Assembly: GCA_944321725.1 (NCBI GenBank)
Contig: CALUMI010000008.1
Span: 641 to 64,640 of the forward strand
DNA length: 64,000 nt
Origin: an uncultured Muribaculaceae bacterium
GTDB lineage: Bacteria; Bacteroidota; Bacteroidia; Bacteroidales; Muribaculaceae
Direction of reading: 5' to 3'
Part shown: positions 30,794-41,646 of the stretch, in pieces
Position numbering within the stretch: the stretch's first letter is position 1
Layout: each line of letters opens with the position of its first letter
Position numbers and translations under genes: made by a program
Notes under the pieces: generated by a model
Told to the model about the DNA's origin: nothing
Seen by the model: the letters and a program-made list of their open reading frames with translations, nothing else
Database searches by the model: none

Positions 30794-32464
30794 TTGATTA
30801 AAATGAAATTGAAATTTATTTTAACAGCTATTTTGATTAGCGGGGCGGCTTTCATAAGCCGTGCTGACGGCTACAAGGACGGTGTTGAATACTATCAGGC
30901 CGGACAAGAGAAAAATGCGGAAATCGTTTTACAAGAAACACTCAATGACCCTCAGACAGATAAAGCGGAGGCTTATTATTATCTTGGGTGCATCACATTG
31001 CATAAAGGTGATAACGCGTTGGCCGACAAATATTTCGATCAGGGAATACAAGCCAATGCCGAATATGCCTATAACTATATAGGAAAAGGTGCTGTGGCTT
31101 TGAAGAACAACAACAAAGACGCAGCCGAGGACTATTTTAAGCAGGCTGAGAAAATCAACAAGAAAGATGCCAAAGTGAAAGTTGATATCGCGCGGGCTTA
31201 TTATGATGCTGATAAGGTGAAATATAACAAGGAGTGGAATAAAGCATTGAAAGACGCAAAGAAAAAAGACAAAACAGAGGCGTCGATTTATATTTTCGAG
31301 GGTGATGTATATGCCGACGAGCAGAAATACGGTGATTCAGCCGGATATTATGAAATGGCAATTATGTATGATGCTGAGCGTCCTATCGCCTACGTGAAAT
31401 ATGCCAATACTTATTTCCACATCAATCCGACTGTGGCAATTCAGAAACTTGAGGAGATAGTAAACAAAAATCCTAACTCCGCTTTGGCGCAACGTGAGCT
31501 TGCAGAGAAATATTATGAGAATAACCAATGGACAAAGGCAGCCGCACAATATAAGTTTGTGATTGACAATCCGAACCATTTTCCTTCGGATGACGAGCGT
31601 TATGTAGTGCTTCTTTATTTTGGTGAGAAATATGCGGAGTCACTCGCTTATGCGCAGGCTCAGTTGCAAAAAAATCCGAAATCTTTCCAAATGCTTCGCA
31701 TGCAATTCCTGAATGCCGCAGCTTTGGAAAAATATGAGGATGCCGCAAAATATGCCGCTGATTTCTTTGCATTGCAAGGTCAGGACCATTTGTATACATC
31801 CAATGACTATAACACTTACGGAATGGTTCTTGAGAAAGTTGGACGGCTTGACGAGGCTGTGAAAGCGTATGAAAAATCGGTGGCAGTCAATCCCGATAAG
31901 ATTGAGTTGCTTAAAGATTTGAGTAATGCTTATGCGTCTGTTGCCGGAGAGGAAACTGATTCTGTGAAACGCACTGATTTGTATTCTAAATCGGCTGACG
32001 CTTTCCAAAAATTTGTGGATAAGGGCAATTATGTGACTAACGACCTTTATGTGCTTGCAGGTAAATATCAGAATGTGATTGTGACGGCTGTTGATTCTGT
32101 TAAGCGTGAAGAAGCCTATAAAAAAGCTATTTGCACAATCGACACTGTAATAGCAAAAGCTCCTACAGACTATCGCGTATATCGTCGCAAAGCGTTGATT
32201 AACTTCAACATGGAAAATATGAATCCTAAAACGGGTCTTGCCCTTGACGCATATCTCAAAGTTGAGGAGCTTGTGAATAATGACGCGGAAATGGATCAGG
32301 CCGCTAAAAAGGATATTCTTAATGAGGTTTATTTGTATGTGGCTTCTTATTATCTTTATAATGATGATGCCGCAACAGCCAAGGCTTATTATGAGAAGAT
32401 GCTTGCGCTTGACCCGTCGAACACAGCGTTGCGCGATTATATAAGCAAGATGAAAGTGGATTAA
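30794..32464 (+). CDS. tetratricopeptide-repeat protein (secreted)
   Basis: Signal peptide, then multiple TPR-like A/Y/L periodic helices (e.g. AEAYYYLGCITLHKGDNALADKYFDQGIQ). Confidence 0.75.
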   Translation: MIKMKLKFILTAILISGAAFISRADGYKDGVEYYQAGQEKNAEIVLQETLNDPQTDKAEAYYYLGCITLHKGDNALADKYFDQGIQANAEYAYNYIGKGAVALKNNNKDAAEDYFKQAEKINKKDAKVKVDIARAYYDADKVKYNKEWNKALKDAKKKDKTEASIYIFEGDVYADEQKYGDSAGYYEMAIMYDAERPIAYVKYANTYFHINPTVAIQKLEEIVNKNPNSALAQRELAEKYYENNQWTKAAAQYKFVIDNPNHFPSDDERYVVLLYFGEKYAESLAYAQAQLQKNPKSFQMLRMQFLNAAALEKYEDAAKYAADFFALQGQDHLYTSNDYNTYGMVLEKVGRLDEAVKAYEKSVAVNPDKIELLKDLSNAYASVAGEETDSVKRTDLYSKSADAFQKFVDKGNYVTNDLYVLAGKYQNVIVTAVDSVKREEAYKKAICTIDTVIAKAPTDYRVYRRKALINFNMENMNPKTGLALDAYLKVEELVNNDAEMDQAAKKDILNEVYLYVASYYLYNDDAATAKAYYEKMLALDPSNTALRDYISKMKVD

Positions 32465-32489
32465 ACATATTGAATGTGTACAGCTGAGG

Positions 32490-32522
32490 GCGGCTTCTCT
32501 TTGCGGGAAGCCGCTTTTTTTT
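32490..32522 (+). terminator. intrinsic terminator after the TPR gene
   Basis: GCGGCTTC ... GAAGCCGC stem followed by a T8 run. Confidence 0.8.
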
Positions 32523-32586
32523 GTCATAAAGTTTTGTGTTTTAGTATTATATTGGTTAGATTTGCGAATGCCTAACATGATTTTGT

Positions 32587-33339
32587 ATGCGCCCTTACAT
32601 AAAACTGTTGATATTATTGTTTTCTGCTTTCATCGTGATGACTGTATTCTCGGAATTAAGCGAGGTGCGTTTGTTTGGCCATAAAATTGTTACCATGCAA
32701 AGCTTTCTAACTCATGATACGATTAATGATTCTGTTGAGTTTTGCGATGTCGATACCACAAATGATGTGATTGCTAACGACACATTGCCGCGTGTGCTGC
32801 TTTTTGTAGGCGATTCCATGGTAGAGGGGTTGAGCAGTCGTTTGGGGGCTTACGCTTATCATAACGGACATAAGCTATATACTGTGATTTGGTATGGCTC
32901 TTCTACCGAGAAATGGGCAGAAAGTGGAAAATTATCAATGTATATTGAATCTTACAAACCTGATTATGTATTTATATGTTTGGGTGGGAATGAGCTGTTT
33001 GTCAGAAATGCGGACGAACGGAGAAAATACGTGAGAAGCATTGTGTCGGAAATTGACTCGTTACCTTTTATATGGATAGGTCCGCCAAATTGGAAAGATG
33101 ATACGGGGATAAATGAGGTCATCAGGTCGGAAATCGGAGATAAAAGATTTTTTCTGTCGAAGGGTATGCGCTTTGACAGGGCGGCTGATGGTATGCACCC
33201 AACGGAAAAGTCGTCATGCGAATGGATGGACAGTGTAGTTTGTTGGATGAAACGGCAGATGCCTCATCCGAAAATGGAAATTCCTGCAGAGAAGGTAAGA
33301 AAACCGTATAAGACAATAGTATTGACTCCGGATGATTGA
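32587..33339 (+). CDS. SGNH/GDSL-family hydrolase/acyl-esterase, membrane-anchored
   Basis: N-terminal TM helix; block I FVGDSM, block II LGGNE, block V DGMHP. Confidence 0.7.
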   Translation: MRPYIKLLILLFSAFIVMTVFSELSEVRLFGHKIVTMQSFLTHDTINDSVEFCDVDTTNDVIANDTLPRVLLFVGDSMVEGLSSRLGAYAYHNGHKLYTVIWYGSSTEKWAESGKLSMYIESYKPDYVFICLGGNELFVRNADERRKYVRSIVSEIDSLPFIWIGPPNWKDDTGINEVIRSEIGDKRFFLSKGMRFDRAADGMHPTEKSSCEWMDSVVCWMKRQMPHPKMEIPAEKVRKPYKTIVLTPDD

Positions 33340-34789
33340 GCGGTTGTTTGACATATTATTATATCATCCGGACTGTCCTTTAATGTTCAACAGCCGGCAG
33401 TTTTGGCTGTTTTTCATGCTGTTTATTCCGGTTTACGGACTGTTTGCAATGTGGCGCAGGCGCACAGCCATGTTAGTCTTTGTTGTGCTTGTCAGTTTGT
33501 TTTTCTATTATAAGTCGAGCGGATTGTATGTACTGTTGCTTGTGGCGAGGGCTTTGTTTGATTATTATATAGTCCGCATCATGGACGACAACCCTAATCC
33601 TCGCTGTCGCAAGGCTTTGTTGTTGCTGTCGTTGATTTCTTCTGTTGGTGTGCTTGCGTACTTTAAATACACTAATTTTTTTGCGCTTAATCTTAGTGAG
33701 ATTGTAGGCGGAAATTTTCAGCCTCTTGATATTGTATTGCCTGTGGGAATATCATTTTACTCATTTCAGTCGATAAGCTATGTGGTGGATGTCTATAAGC
33801 GGAGAACAAAAAGAGCCGGGTCGTTGCTCGATTATTTGTTTTATTTGTCTTTTTTCCCTTATGTGGCTGCAGGACCGATAGTAAGGGCAGCATCTTTTTT
33901 GTCTCAAATACGCCGGCATAAGAAGATAACGGATAAAATGGTATTCAGCGGGTTGTGGCTCGTAATGACAGGACTTGTCAAAAAGGCTGTCGTGGCTGAT
34001 TATCTTGCGCAATACAACGATTTGGTGTTTTCAATGCCGGCTGGATATAGCGGGTTTGAGTGCATGATGGGCGTATTGGGATATTCCATTCAAATTTTTT
34101 GTGATTTTTCAGGCTATTCTGACATTGCCATAGGAATCGCAAGGATAATGGGATTTGATTTGGGTATAAATTTTCGCTCTCCATATAAATCACTCAATGT
34201 AACTGAATTTTGGCATCGGTGGCATATATCCTTGTCGACATGGCTGAGAGATTATGTGTATATCCCTCTTGGCGGAAATCGAAAGGGAAGTTTACGCACG
34301 TATATCAATTTGATGGCAACCATGCTTATTGGAGGCATTTGGCATGGCGCCGGTTGGAACTTCGTTATATGGGGAGGGTTGCATGGTTCAGGGTTGATAG
34401 CCCATAAAATATATTGTAGCCATTATCATGGAAGGAATGTGTCTGCCAAGTTCTTGCCGTGGCTGCTTACTTTTGCTTTTGTCACATTTCTTTGGATATT
34501 TTTCAGGGCGGAGAACCTAAATGGCGCAATGATGATTTTGGACAATATTTTCACAGACTTCCGTCCGGATATGGTTTTGCCTTTTGTGCAGACACGTATA
34601 GGGTGGGTGGCTGTTTGTTTCTTGTCGCTTGTGGCAATTCTTGTCCCCGTAAAGTTTTATTCTTTTCTTGAGTCTGAATTTATCGCGTCACGTCTGTGGA
34701 TAAAAATTATAGTTTTTATATGCGTAGTGCAGCTTGTTCTTGAGTTTTCAAGCTCGGATATTTCACCATTTATTTATTTCCAATTTTGA
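33332..34789 (+). CDS. MBOAT-family O-acyltransferase (AlgI/DltB/PatA-like)
   Basis: Polytopic protein with FWHRWHISLSTWLRDYVYIPLGGNR and the conserved His (IWHGAGWNF). Confidence 0.85.
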   Translation: MIERLFDILLYHPDCPLMFNSRQFWLFFMLFIPVYGLFAMWRRRTAMLVFVVLVSLFFYYKSSGLYVLLLVARALFDYYIVRIMDDNPNPRCRKALLLLSLISSVGVLAYFKYTNFFALNLSEIVGGNFQPLDIVLPVGISFYSFQSISYVVDVYKRRTKRAGSLLDYLFYLSFFPYVAAGPIVRAASFLSQIRRHKKITDKMVFSGLWLVMTGLVKKAVVADYLAQYNDLVFSMPAGYSGFECMMGVLGYSIQIFCDFSGYSDIAIGIARIMGFDLGINFRSPYKSLNVTEFWHRWHISLSTWLRDYVYIPLGGNRKGSLRTYINLMATMLIGGIWHGAGWNFVIWGGLHGSGLIAHKIYCSHYHGRNVSAKFLPWLLTFAFVTFLWIFFRAENLNGAMMILDNIFTDFRPDMVLPFVQTRIGWVAVCFLSLVAILVPVKFYSFLESEFIASRLWIKIIVFICVVQLVLEFSSSDISPFIYFQF

Positions 34790-34809
34790 ATAAGTAGTAT
34801 CTTTGTGAT

Positions 34810-36675
34810 ATGAAATCATATCTGCAAATTGAAAATCTTACTAAATCGTTTGGCGACAGACTGCTTTTCGCAGATGTCACTTTAGGCATATTTGAGGGTG
34901 ACAAGATAGGTCTTATTGCCAAGAATGGAAATGGGAAAACCACATTACTGCGAATAATAGCGGGTGATGAGCCGTGCGATTCCGGAAATATCGTTTTTCG
35001 TAACGGGCTGAAAGTGGCATATCTTCGTCAATCGCCTGAGTTTGACGCTAATATGACAGTGATAGACGCTTGTTTCTCCAATAACGGTGAACTCTCTAAG
35101 GCTATCGATGCCTATGAGAAAGCCATTGCCGGATCAGAACCATCTGAGGTCGATAGGGCAATGCGAGATATGGATGCCGTTGGGGGATGGGACTATGAGA
35201 GCCGCATGAAGCAGGTCTTGTCGCAGTTGAAGATTACCGATATAAATCAAAAAATGGGAGAATTGTCAGGCGGACAGGTTAAGAGGGTGGCTTTGGCCCA
35301 AGCTATAATCAGCGAGCCGGAATTTTTGATTTTGGACGAGCCGACAAACCATTTGGATATAGATATGGTCGAATGGCTGGAAGATTATCTAAAGCGTAGC
35401 CGTATGACTTTGTTGATGGTGACGCACGACCGTTATTTCCTTGACCGTGTATGCACAAAGATAATTGAGATAGATGATAAGCAAATTTATTCATACAATG
35501 GAAATTATGATTATTATTTGTCGAAGAGGGAAGAGCGTATCAATTCTCAGAATGCGGAATTGGCAAAAGTAAAGAACTTATTGCGGACTGAGTTGGACTG
35601 GATGCGTCGTCAACCGCAGGCACGAGCCACAAAAGCCAGATATCGTATTGACGCTTTCTATGATCTCAGTGAGCGTTCGAAATATAAAAGGGATGATTCT
35701 GCGGTCAAATTGAATGTAGGCTCCTCATATATCGGCAATAAAATTTTTGAGGCAAAAGATGTTTGTAAAAAATTCGGGGATAATATTATACTCAAAGATT
35801 TTAACTATGTTTTTGCAAGATATGACAAATTGGGAATAATTGGCAACAATGGAGTTGGCAAATCTACTTTTATCAAATTACTGTTGGGCATAGAGCCTGT
35901 CGACTGTGGCTGTTTTGATGTTGGCGAAACTGTAAGGTTCGGATATTATAGTCAGGACGGGATAAAATTTGATGAGAACGAAAAAGTGATAGATGCAGTC
36001 AGGAAAATAGCGGAAGTAATATATTTCGATGAAAAAACTAAATATACGGCATCGCAGTTCTTGCAATTTTTCCTGTTTTCTCCATCGGCGCAGCAGGATT
36101 ATATCTCAAAATTGAGCGGTGGCGAGAAGCGCAGGCTTTATTTGGCCACTGTGTTGATGAAGAATCCTAATTTTTTGATACTTGATGAGCCTACGAATGA
36201 TTTGGATATTGTGACGTTAGGAATTTTGGAGGATTATTTGTCAAAATTCAAGGGATGCTTAATCATTGTTTCTCATGACCGTTTCTTTATGGACCGTACT
36301 GTCGACCATTTGTTTGTGTTTGAGGGGAATGGTAAAATAAAGGATTTTCCGGGCAATTATTCAGACTATAGAGAATGGAAATTGCAGTTGAGAGAGGAGC
36401 AACAAAAAGTATGCAAGCCTGTTGTTGAAAAAGAAAATAAAGTCAAAAGGCAATATTCAAATAAATTGACGTTTAAGGAGCGCAAGGAGTTTGAGGCATT
36501 GTCTGCTGAAATAAAATCGCTTGAAGACGAGAAGAAACAGCTTGAGTCGGAGCTGTCGTCAGGAGAAATCGCGGATTATGAAATGATTGCGATTAAATCA
36601 AATAGAATTTCTGAGATAATAGGATTGTTGGACGATAAGGAAATGCGTTGGTTAGAATTGTCGGAGAGAGAATAG
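34810..36675 (+). CDS. ABC-F family ATPase (Uup/EttA-like)
   Basis: Two ABC cassettes (GKNGNGKTT / LSGGQ; GNNGVGKST / LSGGEKRR) with a linker and a C-terminal coiled coil. Confidence 0.9.
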   Translation: MKSYLQIENLTKSFGDRLLFADVTLGIFEGDKIGLIAKNGNGKTTLLRIIAGDEPCDSGNIVFRNGLKVAYLRQSPEFDANMTVIDACFSNNGELSKAIDAYEKAIAGSEPSEVDRAMRDMDAVGGWDYESRMKQVLSQLKITDINQKMGELSGGQVKRVALAQAIISEPEFLILDEPTNHLDIDMVEWLEDYLKRSRMTLLMVTHDRYFLDRVCTKIIEIDDKQIYSYNGNYDYYLSKREERINSQNAELAKVKNLLRTELDWMRRQPQARATKARYRIDAFYDLSERSKYKRDDSAVKLNVGSSYIGNKIFEAKDVCKKFGDNIILKDFNYVFARYDKLGIIGNNGVGKSTFIKLLLGIEPVDCGCFDVGETVRFGYYSQDGIKFDENEKVIDAVRKIAEVIYFDEKTKYTASQFLQFFLFSPSAQQDYISKLSGGEKRRLYLATVLMKNPNFLILDEPTNDLDIVTLGILEDYLSKFKGCLIIVSHDRFFMDRTVDHLFVFEGNGKIKDFPGNYSDYREWKLQLREEQQKVCKPVVEKENKVKRQYSNKLTFKERKEFEALSAEIKSLEDEKKQLESELSSGEIADYEMIAIKSNRISEIIGLLDDKEMRWLELSERE

Positions 36676-36678
36676 GCT

Positions 36679-37200
36679 CTACAAAATCTTTTGGAATACT
36701 ATGGTATCGCGGTATGTTTTTCCTGAGCGTATCCAATCTTTCAGTCTGCCTGTTTCTGTGAAGTCGAGTTTTTTGAATAAGTGTATGCTTGCGGTGTTGT
36801 CGCATGGAATATTCACGGCAAGTTGATGCAGGCCTATGAAATCTTTTGCGTAGTTTATCATTGAAATCATGGCTTCATATCCATACCCCTTTTGTTGATG
36901 TTGAGAGTCGATTAATATCCCTATGAATGCACGTGAGTGAAACGGATTAAAATCGAAAAGGTCGATCATTCCTACCTGATTATTTGTCGCCTTTTCAATA
37001 ATCATTAACCGCAGTTGCAGGTCTTTGAAGATGTCGGCGGTATAATTTTTAAGGTATTCGATTATTTGATGTTTGGAATAAGGCGCGACGGTAGAGCCGT
37101 ATTTCCATATATCCGTATCGTTTTCCCATTTGAAAATGGCATCTAAGTCGGTTGGCTCTAACGCCCGGAGCATGATGTTGGTATTTTCCAATAATTTCAT
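36679..37200 (-). CDS. GNAT-family N-acetyltransferase (RimJ/RimL-like)
   Basis: 173 aa with the GNAT core ([19 protein letters not shown]). Confidence 0.75.
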   Translation of the reverse strand: MKLLENTNIMLRALEPTDLDAIFKWENDTDIWKYGSTVAPYSKHQIIEYLKNYTADIFKDLQLRLMIIEKATNNQVGMIDLFDFNPFHSRAFIGILIDSQHQQKGYGYEAMISMINYAKDFIGLHQLAVNIPCDNTASIHLFKKLDFTETGRLKDWIRSGKTYRDTIVFQKIL

Positions 37201-37826
37201 TTTGTGCTTTTAAAACTGTCGGTAAATAAAGTGCGGTTGATTATAGAGCGCCCTAAGGTCACTTCATCTGTATATTCTATTTCATTTCCAATGGCCACGC
37301 CTCTTGCGAGAATGGTGATTTTCACGTCGAATGGCGATAATTTCCGGAATATGTAGAAATTGGTTGTGTCGCCTTCCATTGTTGCGCTAAGCGCCAATAT
37401 AACTTCTTTAATGCTTCCGTTGCCGACACGCGTGATTAGACTGTCTATTTCAATATCTTGCGGACCTATTCCGTCCATGGGTGATATTAATCCGCCCAGC
37501 ACGTGGTATAGCCCGTTGAATTGGTGTGTGCTTTCAATTATCATAACGTCTTTCACGTTTTCCACAACACATATCGTCGACGGATCTCTCGACGGGTTAT
37601 TGCAAATCGGACATATTTCGGTTTCCGATATGTTATGGCATATTCTACAATATCTGATCTCTTTTCTCAACTTGATAATGGCTTCTCCCAACGATATGGC
37701 AACATCCTCATTCTCACGGAGTAAATGCAGAATAAGGCGTAAAGATGTCTTTCTTCCGATGCCGGGCAGTTTTGCAAATTCTGTTACGGCATTTTCAAGA
37801 AGTGTGGATGCAAATTCTTTTTCCAT
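37197..37826 (-). CDS. recR: recombination protein RecR
   Basis: Hh[14 protein letters not shown]4 zinc finger CRICHN...CPICNN and a Toprim domain. Confidence 0.9.
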   Translation of the reverse strand: MEKEFASTLLENAVTEFAKLPGIGRKTSLRLILHLLRENEDVAISLGEAIIKLRKEIRYCRICHNISETEICPICNNPSRDPSTICVVENVKDVMIIESTHQFNGLYHVLGGLISPMDGIGPQDIEIDSLITRVGNGSIKEVILALSATMEGDTTNFYIFRKLSPFDVKITILARGVAIGNEIEYTDEVTLGRSIINRTLFTDSFKSTK

Positions 37827-37897
37827 ACTGCAAATTTAGTCGTAAAAAATTTATGGTTTAACCAAATTGTAGTATTTTTGAATATTTTCTTAAAACT

Positions 37898-38512
37898 ATG
37901 GTTATAAAAGAAGCTAAATTCGTGATAAGCAATGCCGATGTACGCAAATGTCCGGAAACAAATCTGCCGGAATATGCGTTTATCGGACGTTCGAATGTCG
38001 GTAAATCATCGCTTATAAATATGTTGACAGGCAAGAAAAATCTTGCGATGACATCTTCTAATCCGGGTAAAACGATGCTTATCAATCATTTCCTGATAAA
38101 TAACGAGTGGTATCTTGTCGATTTGCCGGGATACGGATATGCGCGGCGAGGGAAAGAGGCGCGCGACATGTTGGCCAAAATGATAAAGTCTTACATATTG
38201 TGCCGCAGGCAAATGACTAATTTGTTTGTGCTTGTCGATTCTCGCCATAAGCCGCAGAAAATAGACATGGAATTTATCGAATGGCTGGGTGTAAATGGGG
38301 TGCCGTTCAGTATAGTGTTTACCAAGTTGGATAAGCTCGGAGTTAATGCCGGGAAAGAGAATATGGAATTATATAAACGGGAATTACTCTCTTTTTGGGA
38401 GGAATTACCGCCTGTATTTGCCACATCGAGCGTAGACAGACGTGGACGCGATGAAATTCTTGACTATATCGAAGAAATTAATCGCTCGATGTCAAGTTCA
38501 AAAAATGAATAA
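37898..38512 (+). CDS. engB: ribosome biogenesis GTPase YsxC/EngB
   Basis: [20 protein letters not shown] and TKLDK motifs. Confidence 0.9.
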   Translation: MVIKEAKFVISNADVRKCPETNLPEYAFIGRSNVGKSSLINMLTGKKNLAMTSSNPGKTMLINHFLINNEWYLVDLPGYGYARRGKEARDMLAKMIKSYILCRRQMTNLFVLVDSRHKPQKIDMEFIEWLGVNGVPFSIVFTKLDKLGVNAGKENMELYKRELLSFWEELPPVFATSSVDRRGRDEILDYIEEINRSMSSSKNE

Positions 38513-38520
38513 TATCTTTG
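38513..38520 (+). promoter_or_regulatory. Bacteroidota -7 promoter element upstream of the LRR gene
   Basis: TATCTTTG lies 25 nt upstream of the ATG. Confidence 0.45.
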
Positions 38521-38544
38521 TAGAAATTATAAAAGAATTCAGAT

Positions 38545-39573
38545 ATGGGCAGGATTTATAAATTATTGGTTTTGGCTTTGTTGCCAACCTCTTTGTTCGC
38601 GAATGAGCAATTTGAATACCGTTATAAGGACGGTAGCTTTACAGTGGCATATTTAACGTGTGAGGTTAATTCTGAAGAAGATAAGACAGTTACATTAGTT
38701 AATTTCAAATATAATGATAAAGAATTCCCTGACTTTAAAATGCCGGATATGGTAGAGTATAATGGTGAGGAGTATCTGATAACTGTTATTGGTGAACGTG
38801 CATTTGAAAATGATTTAGGGGATAATTTTGCATTGCGGAATTTAACATTGCCTTCTGGTATCGTAGAAATTGGAGATTATGCTTTCTATGAGATGAGTAA
38901 TATTGAAACAATAATATTGCCTTCTGCTTTGGAAACAATAGGCGACTATGCTTTTTGCCATTGTGATGAATTGAAGCAAATACTTTTGCCTGAATCTTTG
39001 TTGAATATAGGGGAATATGCGTTTAGATCTTGTGGAGAATTAAGTGAAATAACAATTCCGGATAGTGTGTCTTATATTTCGTATGGAATATTTATGTTTT
39101 GTCACCAGTTGGGAAAAGCATATTTGGGAAATGATGTTCATGTGATTGAGGAAGGTGCATTTGGGCAATGTCCTTTGTTGTCAGAATTATATATAAAGAC
39201 GATTATACCGCCTACTGTGACATCGAAAATAACAGATGTGGACAATATTACAGTTTATGTTCCAAAAGGAACTGAAACGGATTATCAGGTTGAATGGCAA
39301 AATGTTTTTAAAAATGCCCAATATGTTGGATATTACGATGCTGAGGGCAGTGGAGAAACAGCCGGAATAGAGTCGGTAGATAATTCAGAATTGCAAGTTA
39401 CTGTCACCGGCAATACTATTTTTGTTCGGAATATTGACGGAAATTTGCAGATATATTCTGTGGCGGGAGTTAAAGCAGCGGAAACATCCGATGCCTCATT
39501 TTCTGTGACTTTACCTGATGGAATATATATTCTTAAAACACCGGACACTGTTAGAAAAGTGATTTTACGCTGA
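38545..39573 (+). CDS. BspA-type leucine-rich-repeat surface protein with T9SS C-terminal sorting domain
   Basis: Signal peptide; repeated IGDYAF/IGEYAF/IEEGAF LRR units; C-terminal LQIYSVAGVKAAE...GIYILKT...KVILR. Confidence 0.75.
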   Translation: MGRIYKLLVLALLPTSLFANEQFEYRYKDGSFTVAYLTCEVNSEEDKTVTLVNFKYNDKEFPDFKMPDMVEYNGEEYLITVIGERAFENDLGDNFALRNLTLPSGIVEIGDYAFYEMSNIETIILPSALETIGDYAFCHCDELKQILLPESLLNIGEYAFRSCGELSEITIPDSVSYISYGIFMFCHQLGKAYLGNDVHVIEEGAFGQCPLLSELYIKTIIPPTVTSKITDVDNITVYVPKGTETDYQVEWQNVFKNAQYVGYYDAEGSGETAGIESVDNSELQVTVTGNTIFVRNIDGNLQIYSVAGVKAAETSDASFSVTLPDGIYILKTPDTVRKVILR

Positions 39574-39624
39574 TTTATAAACGGGTGCTTCGCAGAATGT
39601 TCAACTGCGGAGCACGCATTTTTA

Positions 39625-41646
39625 TTGCTTGATGATATGAAAAATAAATCTATGTCTATATTAATTGTCATATTTTGTTTGTTTATTTCTTTTGCGGTTT
39701 CTTCGCAAATGATTTCTCCTATAAAATGGGATATAAGACTTGAAAAGGCGACTAAAACCGAAGGAGCGGTTGTTTTTAAAGCCGATATTGAAAAAGGTTG
39801 GCATTTATATTCCACTGACATGCCCGATGGTGGGCCGATTCCCACGTCTGTGAAATGGACGGAGTTGAAAAATGTGGAGCTTGTCGGGGATTTGGTTTCA
39901 AATACAGCCACTCATAAAGAGAATGATGTGAATTATGGTATGGAATTGGAGTGGTGGACAGGTCATGCCGAGTTGCGGCAAAACGTGAAGTTTATTGCAA
40001 ATGACGACTATAAAATATCAGGGTCTGTCAAGTTTATGGCTTGTAATGATAAAACATGCCTGTCGCCAAAGAATGAGGATTTTAATTTCGTGAAATCTGT
40101 TGCGCCGGTTGCCGATGGGGCAGAAGCGGAGGAAAATATGATTGACTCGCCTGTGGTGACAGATTCCATGTTGTTGACCGGAAAAATTTCCGCTGAAACC
40201 AATGTAGCGGAAGAAACTGATTTTTGGAAGCCTGTCAAGTTTGATGAAAATAATTCCTCAGTTTCTCAAAGATCGTTTTGGTATATATTCATAGGCGGAT
40301 TCTTGGGAGGATTGCTTGCGTTGTTTACTCCGTGTGTTTGGCCTATGATACCATTGACTGTCAGCTTTTTCTTGAAAAAGCATGGCAATAAGCGCAACGC
40401 AATACGTGATGCTTTCATTTACGGATTGTCGATTGTGGTGATTTATCTTTTGGTTGGAATCGTGATAACATTGGCATTCGGTCCCGGAAAACTCAATGAG
40501 TTGGCTACAAATGCTGTGTTCAATATCATATTTTTCTTGTTGCTGGTGGTATTTGCCATATCGTTTTTCGGCGCATTTGAAATAACATTGCCGAGCAAAT
40601 GGACAAATAAAATGGATTCAACTGCGGAACGGACCACGGGGCTTGTCAGCATATTTTTCATGGCTTTTACATTGATACTTGTGTCTTTCTCTTGCACGGG
40701 ACCTATTATCGGCACTTTGCTTGTCGAGGCTGTGAGCCTTGGTGATCTTACGGGGCCGATAATCGGAATGGGAGCCTTTGCGCTGGCTTTGGCGATTCCG
40801 TTTACTTTGTTTGCGATATTCCCGTCATGGTTGAAAGATTTGCCTAAGTCGGGCGGATGGATGAATACGGTGAAAGTTGTACTTGGCTTTGTTGAGCTTG
40901 CTTTGTCTTTAAAGTTTTTGTCTGTGGCCGACTTGGCTTATGGATGGCATATTCTCGACAGAGAAGTGTTCCTTGTGCTGTGGATAGCTATTTTTGTGCT
41001 GCTTGGAATGTATCTTCTGGGCAAAATACGTTTTACTTATGATGCCAAAACAGAGAGCATAGGTGTGACAAGGTTCTTCCTTGCGCTTATATCACTGTCG
41101 TTTGCGATTTATCTTTTGCCGGGACTTTGGGGCGCTCCGTTGAGAGGCGTAAGCGCGTTTCTTCCGCCATTGTCGACACAGGATTTTAATTTGTATCAGA
41201 ATGAGTCGTCTAAGGTATATGCGGATTTTGACGAAGGAATGGAGGCGGCTTTAAACAGCGGAAAACCTGTGTTCCTTGAGTTTTCAGGATATGGATGTGT
41301 AAATTGCCGTAAGATGGAAGCGGCCGTTATTGACAAGGAATCGGTAAGAAATTATATAAAAGACAATTTTGTCACTATAAAACTTATGACCGACGACCGC
41401 AAAGAGTTGGATGCCCCTGTGAAAGTGGTCGACAATGGAAAGACTGTTGAATTAACCACTTACGGCGATTTATGGAGCTATTTGCAGCGATATAAGTTTG
41501 GCGCAAATTCTTTGCCTTACTATGTTGTGCTGAATAATGAGGGGAAATTGCTGTCGGGGCCTGCTTATTATGATGAGGATGTGGATAAATTTATGAATTT
41601 TTTAATTTCCGGAACGGATAAATATAAATCGACTGACAATGAGTAA
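39625..41646 (+). CDS. dsbD: DsbD-like thiol:disulfide interchange protein
   Basis: N-terminal periplasmic domain, CcdA-like TM core (FTPCVWP, FSCTGP) and a C-terminal thioredoxin fold (GYGCVNC). The start could be at 39637. Confidence 0.8.
   Translation: MLDDMKNKSMSILIVIFCLFISFAVSSQMISPIKWDIRLEKATKTEGAVVFKADIEKGWHLYSTDMPDGGPIPTSVKWTELKNVELVGDLVSNTATHKENDVNYGMELEWWTGHAELRQNVKFIANDDYKISGSVKFMACNDKTCLSPKNEDFNFVKSVAPVADGAEAEENMIDSPVVTDSMLLTGKISAETNVAEETDFWKPVKFDENNSSVSQRSFWYIFIGGFLGGLLALFTPCVWPMIPLTVSFFLKKHGNKRNAIRDAFIYGLSIVVIYLLVGIVITLAFGPGKLNELATNAVFNIIFFLLLVVFAISFFGAFEITLPSKWTNKMDSTAERTTGLVSIFFMAFTLILVSFSCTGPIIGTLLVEAVSLGDLTGPIIGMGAFALALAIPFTLFAIFPSWLKDLPKSGGWMNTVKVVLGFVELALSLKFLSVADLAYGWHILDREVFLVLWIAIFVLLGMYLLGKIRFTYDAKTESIGVTRFFLALISLSFAIYLLPGLWGAPLRGVSAFLPPLSTQDFNLYQNESSKVYADFDEGMEAALNSGKPVFLEFSGYGCVNCRKMEAAVIDKESVRNYIKDNFVTIKLMTDDRKELDAPVKVVDNGKTVELTTYGDLWSYLQRYKFGANSLPYYVVLNNEGKLLSGPAYYDEDVDKFMNFLISGTDKYKSTDNE

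Noticed and set aside
31640-32578. 312-aa minus-strand ORF
   Set aside because: It is antisense to the TPR gene at 30794-32464. Its Ile/Phe/His-rich product is implausible.
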